DNA of 63,221 bases, filler included, from Cercozoa sp. M6MM (taxonomy: Eukaryota > Protista > Endomyxa: Ascetosporea): assembly GCA_040357565.1 (NCBI GenBank). It is 8 parts of 8 records of this genome, joined end to end, with 100 filler letters (N's around TTAATTAATTAA, not from the genome) between each part and the next. Parts side by side here need not be neighbours in the genome. Positions count along the whole stretch, not along the records: positions 1 to 14,218 come from JBDODJ010000337.1; positions 14,319 to 25,913 come from JBDODJ010000397.1; 6 more parts are not named here. The stretch is one strand, 5' to 3'. A program made the position numbers and the translations under genes. Shown piece by piece: positions 13,301-24,899 of this stretch. Position 1 is the first letter of the stretch. Each line of letters starts with the position of its first letter. Below the pieces are notes generated by a model. It was not told the DNA's origin and made no database searches. It saw only the letters and a program-made list of their open reading frames with translations.

Positions 13301-14218
13301 GCGCGACGTCGACGATCGCGATCACTACGGTTTTACCCCCCTGTTCGCCCCCCTGTTTGCCCCCCTGTTTACCCCTACCTCAGGCAACAAGCGACTCGAC
13401 ATGGCAGGACCACTGATGGCCGGTCTTTTCCGGTATGCTTGATTTGTGGTATTTTTGCAGTGTCCGCGCGGACGTGCTGTGTTGTAGTCAACTGTTCGCG
13501 CGTGTTATGAAGGACGCCAAGATGTTCGTGCGGCGGCAGGTAGCCCTCCCTTTACCTCCTTTACCTCCTTTACCCCCTTTAGCCCCCCCCCCCCCGGGGG
13601 GGGGGGGGGGGGGCACAGTGGGTGTGGGGCTCAAGTCGGTGCTGGTCCCGGGCACCATCACCAACGGACTGCGGTATCATCCCCCTACTTACCCTCTACT
13701 TACCCCTACCCCCCTTACCCCCTCCACAGGTACAGTCTGGCGACAGGCAACTGGGGCAGTCGCGACGTGGATGCGCGAAAAACCGGCGTGTCGCAGGTGC
13801 TGCAGCGACTGGCCTACCAGGTTTTTACCCTATTTACCCCTCTCTTTACCCCCTCCCCTTTTTACCCCCCTCCCCTTTTACCCCCTCTTTACCCCCCTCT
13901 TTACCCCCTTCCCTTTTTACCCCCTCCCCTTTTACCCCCTCGTTACCCCTCTTTGCCCCTCTTTACCCCCTATCCCTGACCGCCCAGGCAACACTTTCGC
14001 ATTTGCGACGTGTCAACACGCCACTGGGTCGGTACAGAAGCGAGTCCAGTTCGTACAGGCTAGTTTTGTTAAGGGTGCGCATTGTCTAGAGATGGCAAGA
14101 ATGCGCCGCCGCGTATGCTGCACAATACTCACTGGGGCATGGTCTGCCCGGCCGAGACGCCTGAGGGACAGGTTTACCCCCCCCCCCCCTGTTTACCCCC
14201 CTGTTTACCCCCCCCCCC
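10368..14218 (+). CDS. RPB2: RNA polymerase II second-largest subunit, 5' part (>20 introns, truncated at contig end)
   Basis: [98 protein letters not shown]. Confidence 0.97.
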
Positions 14219-14262
14219 NNNNNNNNNNNNNNNNNNNNNNNNNNNNNNNNNNNNNNNNNNNN

Positions 14263-14274
14263 TTAATTAATTAA
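14263..14274. other. Artificial contig-joining linker TTAATTAATTAA (also 24068-24079, 25958-25969, 31282-31293, 35348-35359, 39218-39229, 45308-45319, 60880-60891)
   Basis: Identical six-frame stop 12-mer, flanked by N runs in all but one case; genes are truncated at each. Confidence 0.95.
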
Positions 14275-14319
14275 NNNNNNNNNNNNNNNNNNNNNNNNNN
14301 NNNNNNNNNNNNNNNNNNA

Positions 14320-14601
14320 CGGATGCGTGGGTTGCACATGACAGCAGCGACTTCCCTGACGCTCCTGTATTATACACACACATCTCTATCTATACACAGA
14401 GATATTATTGTCGACTACGTCTTTTCTATATCTTTTATTTTTTTTAATTGGTAGCTGCCGCCACAGAACCCGCCGCTAAAGGACGACCCGCTCGCCCTGC
14501 CGGACGCGCCTGTGCAGCCTGTTCAAGACGACCTATTCGACCTTCCTGACGTCCCAACTCCTTCGCGGTCACGCCGCTCGCACCAAGTCGTGCAACAGTG
14601 A
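14320..14601 (+). CDS. 3' end of a protein with repeated (L/F)PD(A/V)P motifs, possibly ESCRT-III-related
   Basis: DSSDFPDAP | ...LALPDAPVQ...LFDLPDVPTP...* resembles MIM2 MIT-interacting motifs; only two exons visible. Confidence 0.35.
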
Positions 14602-14954
14602 TGGCCGCTCGCACCAACGCAAGTCGTGCAACTCGCACGTGCGGTGACGTTCGGTTATCGTGCGGTGAGTTTCTCTCGGCCTTTATCCGTAGTGTAATTT
14701 ACTATAAACTGAAGTAACGCGACGAACGAATTCGAACTGAAAGGTCTGGGCACTAAGTAACGCGCTGCCTGCGTAATCGAACGGAATTCGGTGGTTCCCT
14801 GCCCGGTTCGGGGAGGAGCTCTGCAACTGCCATTGACTACATACAGTTGATCCGGCATAGCGTTTCCCAACCAGTTGAATAGTGAAGGATTTGTTTTGCT
14901 AGACCTGACTTCCTAGTTGGGTCAAGCTTTCTACAGCTCACGCACTTTGACTGC

Positions 14955-15116
14955 AGTGCTTGGGCTGTTCTTTTGATTACCACCAACAAGCCCTCGAGCT
15001 TTCGACGAGCTTTTCTACAAGGGTATGTCTTCTAATCCTCCGCATCGACGCCATTCTAACTGACGTTTTACTTCCTTATTTAGTAGTCTTCAATACCTTG
15101 GTTTCCTTACCGTAAC
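14955..15116 (+). repeat. Dispersed ~160-bp repeat, copy A
   Basis: Closely matches the reverse complement of 35757-35928, including a 51-nt identical core. Confidence 0.9.
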
Positions 15117-15270
15117 GCAGTGGTCACTGGCACGCTAGGTGTTAGACGTACAACGGATCAATTACAGTCTACGATGGTTAAACGCTTCGGTCTCCGGCGA
15201 CCTGAAGCTCTTTGTCGATTCGAGCCTGCGCAAACGTGTAAAAGCACGTGCTTCAGCTGTACCAACACTT

Positions 15271-16396
15271 TCAGTTTACCAGTTCCGCGTACAGTTGCCG
15301 TTCGCGTTCGGAGTGTTTTGAGTGTCGCGAAGACAGCGAACGCGTCGATGAAGCAGTGACGTCGCGGCCACTGTCGTAGAACCGGATCGGCTGCACAGTT
15401 CGCGCTGTTTGCACTGTTTGTACCGCCGTTTTTATGCTGCTTTTGGCAGCACGTGCTGTCGTAGGTTTACGAGACTCAGATACATGCGGCACTGAACTCG
15501 ACGAGAGCTCATGGGGTGTGTGCAAAGACGGCAGTACTCGTGGAGGCCTTGAAATACGAGTGCTTGTGCTCGAGACAGAGGATGGACTGATTGTGTGTTT
15601 TGTGCTTCGCGACCGTGAACTGTCGAGACTGATGGCATGCTGCACCGGTAGCGACGACAGCGTCGACGAAAAAGAGAAGCGCGACGCTTTTGACAACGTC
15701 GACACTGAACTTAGCGAAGGCGCTGCCGAGCGTTCTGGCCGAAGTGACGGCAGATGAAAGCGACGATTTTCGTAAATGCGACGATCGAGCAAGAACTGCT
15801 CCGAGCTGTGGATCAGCTCGTCCACTTGACTCCTTGGTGACATTATTTTTTGCTCTGATCCAACCACAGTCACCTTGCACCCATGCCTCGGAAAGCTGAG
15901 ACGCTTTCGGTTTGGCAGTCCAAAGTTTGTGGGAGTGTTGGTAGTTCGCTTCAATTGCTGCTGCCTCGAGCGAGCTGGAGGTATCACATCTGCCAGCGAC
16001 AGTGCATCTGTCGGAACAAAACAATCCAAACTTTAAATGAGCAGAAAGGAAAGGTATACACTGTGCTTTTCGATGATGGCTGACTTGCTGCTTTCGCAAG
16101 CACGGTGCAGCATTGGAAGGGGCACGCAGGTTTTTCTCGAGCAGTTGCTCCTGCTGATGGCGGCGTTCCTCCAGTTGCTTCAGTCGTCGCTTTCGCTCTT
16201 CGCGCTGTTCTCTTTGTTTGGCGCGCCTACGTCGCCGTTCTCGTTGCCTGCGATCACGCATGATGAGCTGCATTCGCTCATCAGGACTGCCTTTGAAGTA
16301 GTGACTGAAGTGCCGGTGTGGAGTTGATTCAACTCGACTCGAAGCTTCGCTTCGCCTCTTCGCTGCACAGCTGCGGTACAGCTGCAGATAAGACAT
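15271..16396 (-). CDS. Hypothetical Ser/Arg-rich protein with coiled-coil N-terminus
   Basis: Two long overlapping ORFs, probably joined by one intron near 16010-16060; no recognisable domain. Confidence 0.5.
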
Positions 16397-16764
16397 CCTT
16401 TAGACGCTGAGAGGCTCAGCTGTCCACACTGCTCTTTAAAGTGCGTGTTTAAGGCGTTTGTCGTCGCTGGGGCAGGTAGGAGAAACGGCAAAAATACGAC
16501 GGAGACGAAAAACGCCCTCGCGACAACTGAGTCATTTTGAAGCCACTCATCATTGCAATGTTTCGAGCAAAGGTTCCTGCAGATAAAGTAGAGCCCTTGC
16601 ATCATTAAGACTCTACTAAACCTGGACAGCCAAAAGTCCGACATGTGCGCGTGCGAAATGTTCGAACTCGGAGGCGCAACTTTTTTCGGTCCACACGGTT
16701 CTTTGAAAACCATTGCGCAGTGTTTGACCGACCCCGAAACATTTCGACCAAGAACGAGCAAGCA

Positions 16765-19700
16765 ATGAGAGCGCTACTGAGCTTTTTGGTGCTCGCGCTA
16801 ATTGCGACGATTTCGCCGGCTTTTGCGACTTCCACCAGCAACTCTGCCGAGCAAAGCAATGTCGATGTGATTTCTTTACTTCTTTCCTTTCTTAAAAAAA
16901 TGACGATGGCTTGTTTGAGGGCGATTTTTGTATTAGTGTATTAAGCGCTGGTTGTGGCAACGACTGGCGAGAATCGAATTCATGGACCATGCAAAGAAGC
17001 GAGCGAGTGAGTCAAGTGCGTTTCTGCGCGACCTGTTGCATCTGCACGAACTCTGCTCGATTGTAAGTTTACATTTCTGTCCTAAATTTAAAACAAACAC
17101 TGTTGTGGTTTGTTCGCAAAACCATCTCGTTTAATTCGCAAGCGAATTTTAGACGAGAACACATTCAGCTCCGACAGTGGCATTTATGCTTATCGAAGAA
17201 ACCGAACGCTACGTCGCTGCGCTTGACCAGGTCAGTTTACTAGAGATTTACCTTGCATCTTCTTCTCGAAAAGAACACGTGTTATCGGACAGACTTTAAA
17301 AAGTAACATATGACTGTGTAATTTTACGTAGCGGCTACAACGTACACAGGGCTCTGTTGCACAAACACGGCGAACCAATGCTAATGGCAGAACGAATCTC
17401 ATATTCGAGGTCCGCAACTTGGTGCGGCACCTGTGGGGATCGCCGAATGCCAGATCACTGCGTCGCTCTGGGTCTAGGTATCGTACTTTCAAAGTTCGTT
17501 CGCTCCCTCAACCTCAATGTTCGCACATACTGTTTACTGGTCACTCATGAGGAGCAGAGTACTCGGCACGACGGAGAAAGAGATCACGCGACCGGTTCCA
17601 CTCGTGTTGCTGCGCGTGCTACTGTACAAATATTACCAGTTGCAGTAAACCACTCCGACGTTGGATGGTGCAGGGACGCTTTGCTGGTCGGCTTCTCTGT
17701 GTCCGACAATGGAAGCAACCGTGCGAATCTCGAGGTCACTTTCCAGCGCCCGTGGCAAGAAGTGTAAGTGTAAATTTTAAATATAGCTCGTTCTTTCTCC
17801 CAGGGGGACCAGTATTTTGTCTGAATGTACTGTCGTGTATAGAGCAAACGCACTGCTGTTCCGGGTTGCGGATATGGTGCCGAAGCTGCGGCAGCACATC
17901 ACGTGGTACGGCGAGGCATGGTAAATTTAAAATGACAAATTCTGAAAACCTGTGAGAATGTCTGACAACTTGCATCGCATTGACTGTGAGAATAGGATCG
18001 CGAGCATTCTCAACTGGAGTGCGTCCATCCAACCGCAAGACCAGGTGCCATATACATAAGTTTATATGTGCGTGGGTCTTCGCGCAACGTTTTTTCAACC
18101 AACCCTCTCGCTGCCTTACAGTCGACGCATGTGGCGACGTTGAGTATACTCACCGGGATCTTCGAGCACTACACTTCCAAGGTACAATTCCACAGAAATT
18201 AGTCATCCTGCATTCGTGCGAATTCAGCGACATCAAATCTCCGACTTTTTAGACCCATTCGCACGCGAAAAACGGCCTGCGTAACTACTTGTCGGCCATT
18301 TCTTCGCCGATTACTTCGGTATTGTATCAAAACTGTAGATAATCTTTCTCAAAGATAACATCATTGTATCACATTCAGGGCAACGTCGAGCAAAAGTCGG
18401 TGGCTGCCCAAACAGACAACTTCTCCCCTTTGCATCGTTTGCTCTCTATGATGTAAATTTACATTGGATTTTCAATGAACTTGAGGCCAACATTAACAAG
18501 CCGTATATCTGGGATTGCTACCAGGCACACACAGCCTCGGTACTGGACGAGAAATTTTGCCGAGGACACCATAGTAACCCGTCGCTCGATACAAGCGCTG
18601 CTGCTGCAGCAGATACTCTCCTGCAGTAAACACCTTTCCTTTGACCTCTGCCCCCTACCTCAATTTCCTGGTCTATTTACTTATGTTTCTTACTTTCGCC
18701 ACGTCAGCGAATACTGAAGCAATCGCTGCGTCATGGCTGCTGATTTCAGCCACACAGAACGGCCCATTCGCTCCACCAAACGAACAGGAAGCCTTGGCAG
18801 TCGCGGCCTTTCTGAACATCGACTGGGTAAATTGGCGATTGACGATGATGGCAGACTACCATCATCATTCGGGTGTTGAAATACCCTGCTGTATGAGAAG
18901 CCACTGAACGCGCTGGATAAACCGCTGATGCAACGTCTGACACAGTACGCCTTCGACGTCGCCAATGATCCTGAAAGTACTGCCGGATTTCTCGTGCATA
19001 CTACTCCTGTATACTGATCGTTTTATTAGCCTTCCTGCTGCTGGCCGCGCTGAGTGTCCGTGCTGGCGTGGCGCCTCCGCCCATCGTCGTAAACTTCGAC
19101 TTCCGTCCAGTTCAGACCATACTAAGATATTCCCTATGTAAACCCGATTGCTGTGGCAGGTAAAAGCGAGCAGCAACCCGGTGGTTTCAATGGCTGCACT
19201 GCAGAGGTAGCTGACTCTCTTTAAACTCTAAGGGGTTTCTTGTGTATCCATAAAACGATAACTTCCATTTACAGAAACCTCACACCAGAGACGTCGCACC
19301 TGCTCGTTACAGGCATGCAGCGCGTCATACACATCGCTACTGTAGCGAAGAACGTTCCGGTGAGCTTGAGCACTTTCTTTCCGACGGGCGATGTGCAGTA
19401 GAGATACTGATTAACACTGTAACTGCTACGATAGGGCGCCTCCGCTGTGCTCGCAGCGCGCTTGGAAGAAGCGCTGCCGGCCACTCTGTAACTTTTCCTT
19501 TTCCCGTCCTGTCCCTTCCTTCATACCGTTAAGTCGCTATAACTTCAGTTGTTTCAATGCACAGCTGGCACGCAGCGCTGTCGCAGTTACTCGAAGCCTT
19601 CGCTGCCGCGCAACTCAGATTTGGAGAGCATTGGATTTACTCAGACGACATGGTGACACGTGGCATTCTCACCCCTGGGTACTTAATTTACTTCATTACC

Positions 19701-20450
19701 TTGACATAGTCTGGGGAGTATCATACCGCAGGCAAAGCGGGCCAGAATCCGAGTCTGCGAGAACGTTGCTGCGCCTATCAAACGACGTTCTGCAAAACGA
19801 CGCTGTGGTTCTGACTAGTACTGGAGCTGTAACGGTAGAATATATTATTGACCTTGCCAGTTGCCATGTGCATGCAGTGCAAGATGATTTTGATGTCGAT
19901 TTAAGCATCGCAGACCGTGACTCGGTCGCAGGTGGCGGCAGTGACTGCTTTATGTGACTCTTTAAGTGGTAAATCATCCCCCGATTTCTTCGGCTGTTAT
20001 CTTTCTTTGTATTAAAAAGTTTACTGTACAGACTGGCAGTCGAAGCACTCGACGATGGAGCTGAAACCGTGGGAAGCACGTACACTTCTGACTGCTCTGC
20101 TGCACGGGAATGCGCATGGTGCCTTCTCAAGCGCGTTGTCGGGTACACCACCACTCTCGGATTTGGCCACTCTAACTTCCCAGTACAGTTATTATGAGTG
20201 CGAGGTGGTTTATTTTATTATTAGACATCGGGGCGAGCTTCATGCTTCTTCAGCCCGGCGACTCGCTGACGCGCTGGGTCACCTCTACTCTCCCGGAATA
20301 CGAGGTGCATTCCGTTGCACACGAGTGAATTGGGCTCAAATATAACTGAAAATACAGGGACGACGCGACACGTGGCTACAAGGACATTGGGAGAGGCTCC
20401 CGGCTCATCTGCCGTTTGCACCGCAAGCACTTGCCATCAGCAGAGGTAGC
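16765..20450 (+). CDS. Large multi-exon hypothetical protein with signal peptide; 3' limit approximate
   Basis: MRALLSFLVLALIATISPAFA followed by a regular series of short GT-AG introns; no motif recognised. Confidence 0.4.
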
Positions 20451-20876
20451 TGCAGCAACTGCCCACTTGTAGGATACCAATGCGTGCTCTCCCTATACAC
20501 CTTGCTTAGTATAAAGACTTGGAAGCCGACCCGCTGGCTGACCAGGCAGTTTAGACTGAGAGAACTGACCATGGTGCGCGTGACCTAAGCCTCAGTCTAC
20601 CGAAACCAACACAGCTGGTTCGGCCTCCGCCAATTCCAGTAGCATGACTACCGTACTAAACACGGCACGAGCATATGATAGTTAGTTCAAACGCTAAGAA
20701 ATCAACTCCGTAGTTCGCCTCTCCTAGTCCTGGGAGGGTGTCGTGCGACCGAACCACCGATCAAAATGTCAGCAGATTCAGCTGCAAGTCGAGTCGAGCT
20801 ACTGTATGGTGTGGTTGGTACCAAAATAACTATCATCGCAAGACTCGCTGGTGCTGAGGCTAAACAGGATCCGAGT

Positions 20877-21847
20877 TCAGTCTGCGGCGGTGTCGGGCGG
20901 TTGCGATGCCACGCCGAGCTGAGCCAGCGCAACGGCGACGTCGCCGCGAGTCAGCACGGCCTCGCGCTCGCGTCTCCGTCTGCACAGATCCACACGTTGT
21001 GCATGCTGTGTATCTGTAAGCTAGGTAACATCAGCACAGACACAACGCACCTCTCGCGCTGCTCGCGCTGCGCCAGCACTTCGGCCACTCGCTCCTCTGG
21101 AGGGGAGGGGCAAGGGGTAAAGGGTGGGGGTAAAAAGTAGGGGTAAGATAAAACCGTCTTCCTCGTCATCGAGCTCCTCTTCGTCCTCGTCGTTGCCGAA
21201 CTCGTTCATTCGCTCGTCTTCCCTGCGGACACAACGCTCGATGAATACAAAAAAAAAAACAGAAACGGGAAAAGCGAAAGAATCGAAACTTACATGCGAT
21301 CTTGTTTTTGGTGCTGTTTCTGCGACAGCTGTCGCTGCTTTAGCGCTAGCAGTGTCGCTGCCCAACCCAATTGGCAAAACTGGTTTAAAAAAACTATGAA
21401 ACACAAAGGGAGGGATGCCTACCTCGCTGAAGTAAACATTCAGCCGCCAGTGAGACCAGCAGAAGGTGTCGTTCATCACGAAGTTCGCAGCCACCACGTC
21501 GCAGCAAGTGCCGCAAAACTGACAGCAAAAACACAAAAGTCAACCGATATGCTTAAGGGGGCTACCCAGTCAGAATCAAACCATCGCGTGGAATGGCGCC
21601 GCCACGCTCTTCCACTTGTTGCAGCAGTTGCTCGTGCCACTCGTGCTACTCTCCAAAAAGCCCACACACAAGCTCAGTCCAAATTAATTTTCTAGTCGAG
21701 ACTCAAACAAAACACTCACTTCACGTCGCTGTTGCTCGTGGAACGTCGCTCGTTCCAACTGCGTTGTATTTCAGCACTCCTTTCAAGCAGTAGACAGTAC
21801 AAAAATAATGGCACCTTTTGCCACTCACTGATACGGTTATCGTCCAT
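20877..21847 (-). CDS. TAF10: TAF10-like histone-fold TFIID/SAGA subunit, divergent, multi-exon
   Basis: Spliced LLQQVEERGGAIPRD-VLRHLLRRGGCELRDERHLLLVSLAAECLLQR and C-terminal AVLTRGDVAVALAQLGV parallel the TAF10 segments TIPDAV..YL.RAG....D.R...L.SLAAQ.F and LT..DL..AL.E.G. Confidence 0.7.
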
Positions 21848-22168
21848 ATGCGTCCGCGCGGCTTCTGCACGATATTCACACTTCCATGATATCAATCTGA
21901 CATTAATGAACCCTGCGTGCGACACAACCCAGCACAACTACAGAAAACAGTGCTGGACACGCGTGCGCTACCCAGAAACTGTACAACGAGAGTGGCATTC
22001 TGGGTCGAATTGATTTAGTGGGCGGTGCTTTCTGGCTGTTTGGGCTCAGCTGCCTGTGGGGCTGCCTAGGAGGGTCACCGGGCGTGTTAGTTGGTGCCTT
22101 AGACAGCAGAGCGCGAGCGGGAGACCGGAAACGCTCGGTTGTGCGCAGTGATTTTCGATCGGGGACTC

Positions 22169-24067
22169 ATGCCAGCGGCGTCCACAGAGAAGTCAGTGGC
22201 GTCCGCGCGGAAGGCCGCCGCCGGCTCCACGCGGAAGAAGAAGAAGCGTGCGAAGAAACGCTCGCGTGCTGCGTCGATTCCGGCGGCGATGCTAGGTGCT
22301 GCTGCGGCGGAGACGGCCGTCGTTTCCCAGGGTGCTACCCCCCTTTCTTTTTGACCCCCGCTTAACACTATTTACCCTTTTCAGTCCCCCTCTTGACCCC
22401 TTAAATTCCCTCTTTACCCTTTAACCCCCTCTTTATCCTCCTTTATTACTTTTTAACACCCTTTTTACTGCCCTTGACCCTTTTTTACCTTCATCTTTAC
22501 CCCCTACCTTTCACCCTGCTGACTTGCATGCCTCAGAGTCGGAGCAGCGCAGCGAAACGGAGCGTTTGAAGCGTCCGCTTTGGTAGTTTACCCCCTCGTT
22601 ACCGCCCCTTTAACCCCCCTTTAACTCCCTCTTTTATTCCCTCTTTTTACCCCCCACCCCCTTTACCCCTGTGTGTGTCTGCACAGGGAGGTGATGCGCG
22701 AGAGTCGCAGTGGTATTCGCTTCAGCCCTTTTCACCTCTGGCCTCCCTTTTACCCCCCCTCTTTACCCAATCTTTACCCCTCTTTACCCTCCTTTACCCC
22801 TCTTTACCCTTTACCCTCCTTTACCCTCCTTTACCCCCTCCCCCCTCCCAGGTGAGCCGACAGTCGAGGTGGCACAGCGCCTGCGGAAAAACCGCGAGGT
22901 AGCTTTTACCCCCCCCCCCCTTTTTCCCCCCTCTTACCCCCCCCCGTTTACCCCCTTACCTACCCTCTTTCAGAAACGCCGCAAGCGACGGAAAGTGATG
23001 GATGCCGTTTCTGCAGAAGATGAGGTAGGGGTAAGGGGGGGGGGTATAATAGGGGGTATAATAGGGGGTATAATGGGGATAAACAGGGGGGTAAACCTGC
23101 AGTCCGGCTCGTCGGAGGAGTCGTTGTCGCCGACGAAGCCTGAGCCGGAGCCGGAGCCGACAGCGCCTGTAGCCAAGAAGGACGACAGTGCCGGTGTGCG
23201 TGTCACCGTGCAGGTACACTGTGGCTACACATCAGTGACTACACCAGTGGCTACACTACACAAGTGGCTACACAAGTGGCTACACAAGTGGCTATACAAG
23301 TGGCTACAGTGGCAGCCTTAATGTGTGGTTGTTGGTAGGACGGCAAGATTGTGATTGCGCGCGAGTCGCTCTTTGTCGAGCAGCCCGATGTCGAGGAGCG
23401 CTCCAAGTGCCTTCGCTCTTTGGGGGGGGGGTAAAGTGGGGGTAAAGGGGGGGGGTAAAAGGGGGGTAAAGTGGGGGGTAAACGGGGGGGTATGACAGGT
23501 CGCTCACGCTGACGGACGCGTCGGCGGTGCGGCACGTGACAGCGGCGAGTTACGGCCGACGTCGTTCCGGCAAGGTCGACCGCTGGACCGACGAGGAGAC
23601 GGAGCGTTTCTTCCTGGTAGCACTTAAGGGGGCGACAGTGTCCAACTAACTGTCCTTAAGGGAGAGAGTCAAGGTGGCTACAATTAAGTGTGCGTGTGTA
23701 GGCGTTGCGACAGTTCGGAACTGACTTCTCGCTGATCGCGCAGTTGTTCCCGACGCGCACGCGGCGTCAGGTTTTACCCCCCCTGTTTACCCCCCTGTTT
23801 ACCCCCCTGTTTACCCCCCCGTTTACCCCCCCCCCCGTGGAGGTGACAAGCAAGGGCAAAAAAGAGGAGCGAGAGCAGCTTTCGCGCGTCAACGAGGCGC
23901 TGCACTCGCGTGTCGACATCGATGTGGCCGAGTTCGAGGTTACCCCCCCCCCTGACCCCTTACCCTTTTTACCCCCTACCCCTTTCACCCCCCTTTACCC
24001 GTTTATTCCCACGCAGACCAAAATGAACGAGTCGCGCCGAGTCGAACGTCAGCGCCGTACACCTCCC
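22169..24067 (+). CDS. BDP1: TFIIIB subunit B'' (SANT domain), truncated at contig end
   Basis: DGKIVIARESL, VTAASY, RWTDEETERFFLALRQFGTDFSLIAQLFPTRTRRQV..K.KKEER. Confidence 0.92.
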
Positions 24068-24899
24068 TTAATTAATTAATGTCCCTGGATTAATATCTAT
24101 TATTATCCTATTTTAATATTCTTGCAGGCCTCGAGGAGAAACGCGCCCGCGGCGATTCGGACAGCGAAAGCGAGGATGAGGAGGGGGAGACGGAACAAGG
24201 GGACAACACGAATGTTAAGACCGCGGACACGAAAAACGTGACTGACCGGAAATCCGGCTGCGACGATGGTGGGGATAAGCCGCCAAACGCACTTAAAATC
24301 ACCCAAGCTTGATTAACCTACTAGTTTTTGCCCAATATAGGATATAAAAGAGGCTACTATGGTTTTTCTCAAAGCCGGCACGTTAAGGGGGATGCTAATT
24401 ATAGGAATTTGCAGCACAATAGTGCCTCCCAGTTACTAGATCGCGCATAGAATTGTTGTAACACAGTGAAGCACTGTGTAATAGGTTGATTTGTGTTGTC
24501 GAGACTGGCGATGCCTCCAACTGCAGTGCCGCTCTCAGTGTTGCGTGAGCGCACGTCACAACTGGCCTCGGTATACACTGCTTCTCTGATACCACATTGA
24601 CATATCGGTGGCATGTGCATGTGTGACAGGAGTCGACACACGCAACGCAGCAGTTACAAGCTGTTGCGCAGGCGGCTGAGAGTGACCTCGTAGTTTTTTT
24701 TTTTTTTTTTTGAGTTGCGTTCGATTCTTGTATTTTTCCATGTGCGCGTATATAGTTGCAATGTGCCGATGCCGTGCAACAACTAAGTTTGTCAGCCAAA
24801 ACTGTGCGAGACGCACTCTCTACACTCCAACAACGTCTGGGCAGCGTAACCGACTGCTTTCAATTTCTGTATTTAGACTAGATTTTTTTCCTTTTTTTT

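Noticed and set aside
13540-13618. Phase mismatch in an RPB2 intron suggesting non-canonical splicing
   Set aside because: It coincides with a poly(C)/poly(G) junction and the protein is a few residues short there, so a collapsed small exon is more likely.
12028-14274. Pro/Leu/Thr/Phe-rich ORFs in the ORF track (also 44797-45315 and VCVCVC or IYIY ORFs)
   Set aside because: They are translations of repeat-filled introns and microsatellites.
14219-14319. Recurrent TTAATTAATTAA element and apparent clustering of RNA-processing genes (mago, THOC2)
   Set aside because: The 12-mer is an artificial contig linker; adjacency across it is not biological.
14671-14700. U2-like TCTCGGCCTTT (and U6-like ACGGAGAAGATT near 37667)
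   Set aside because: Only short matches; the flanking invariant snRNA sequence is absent.
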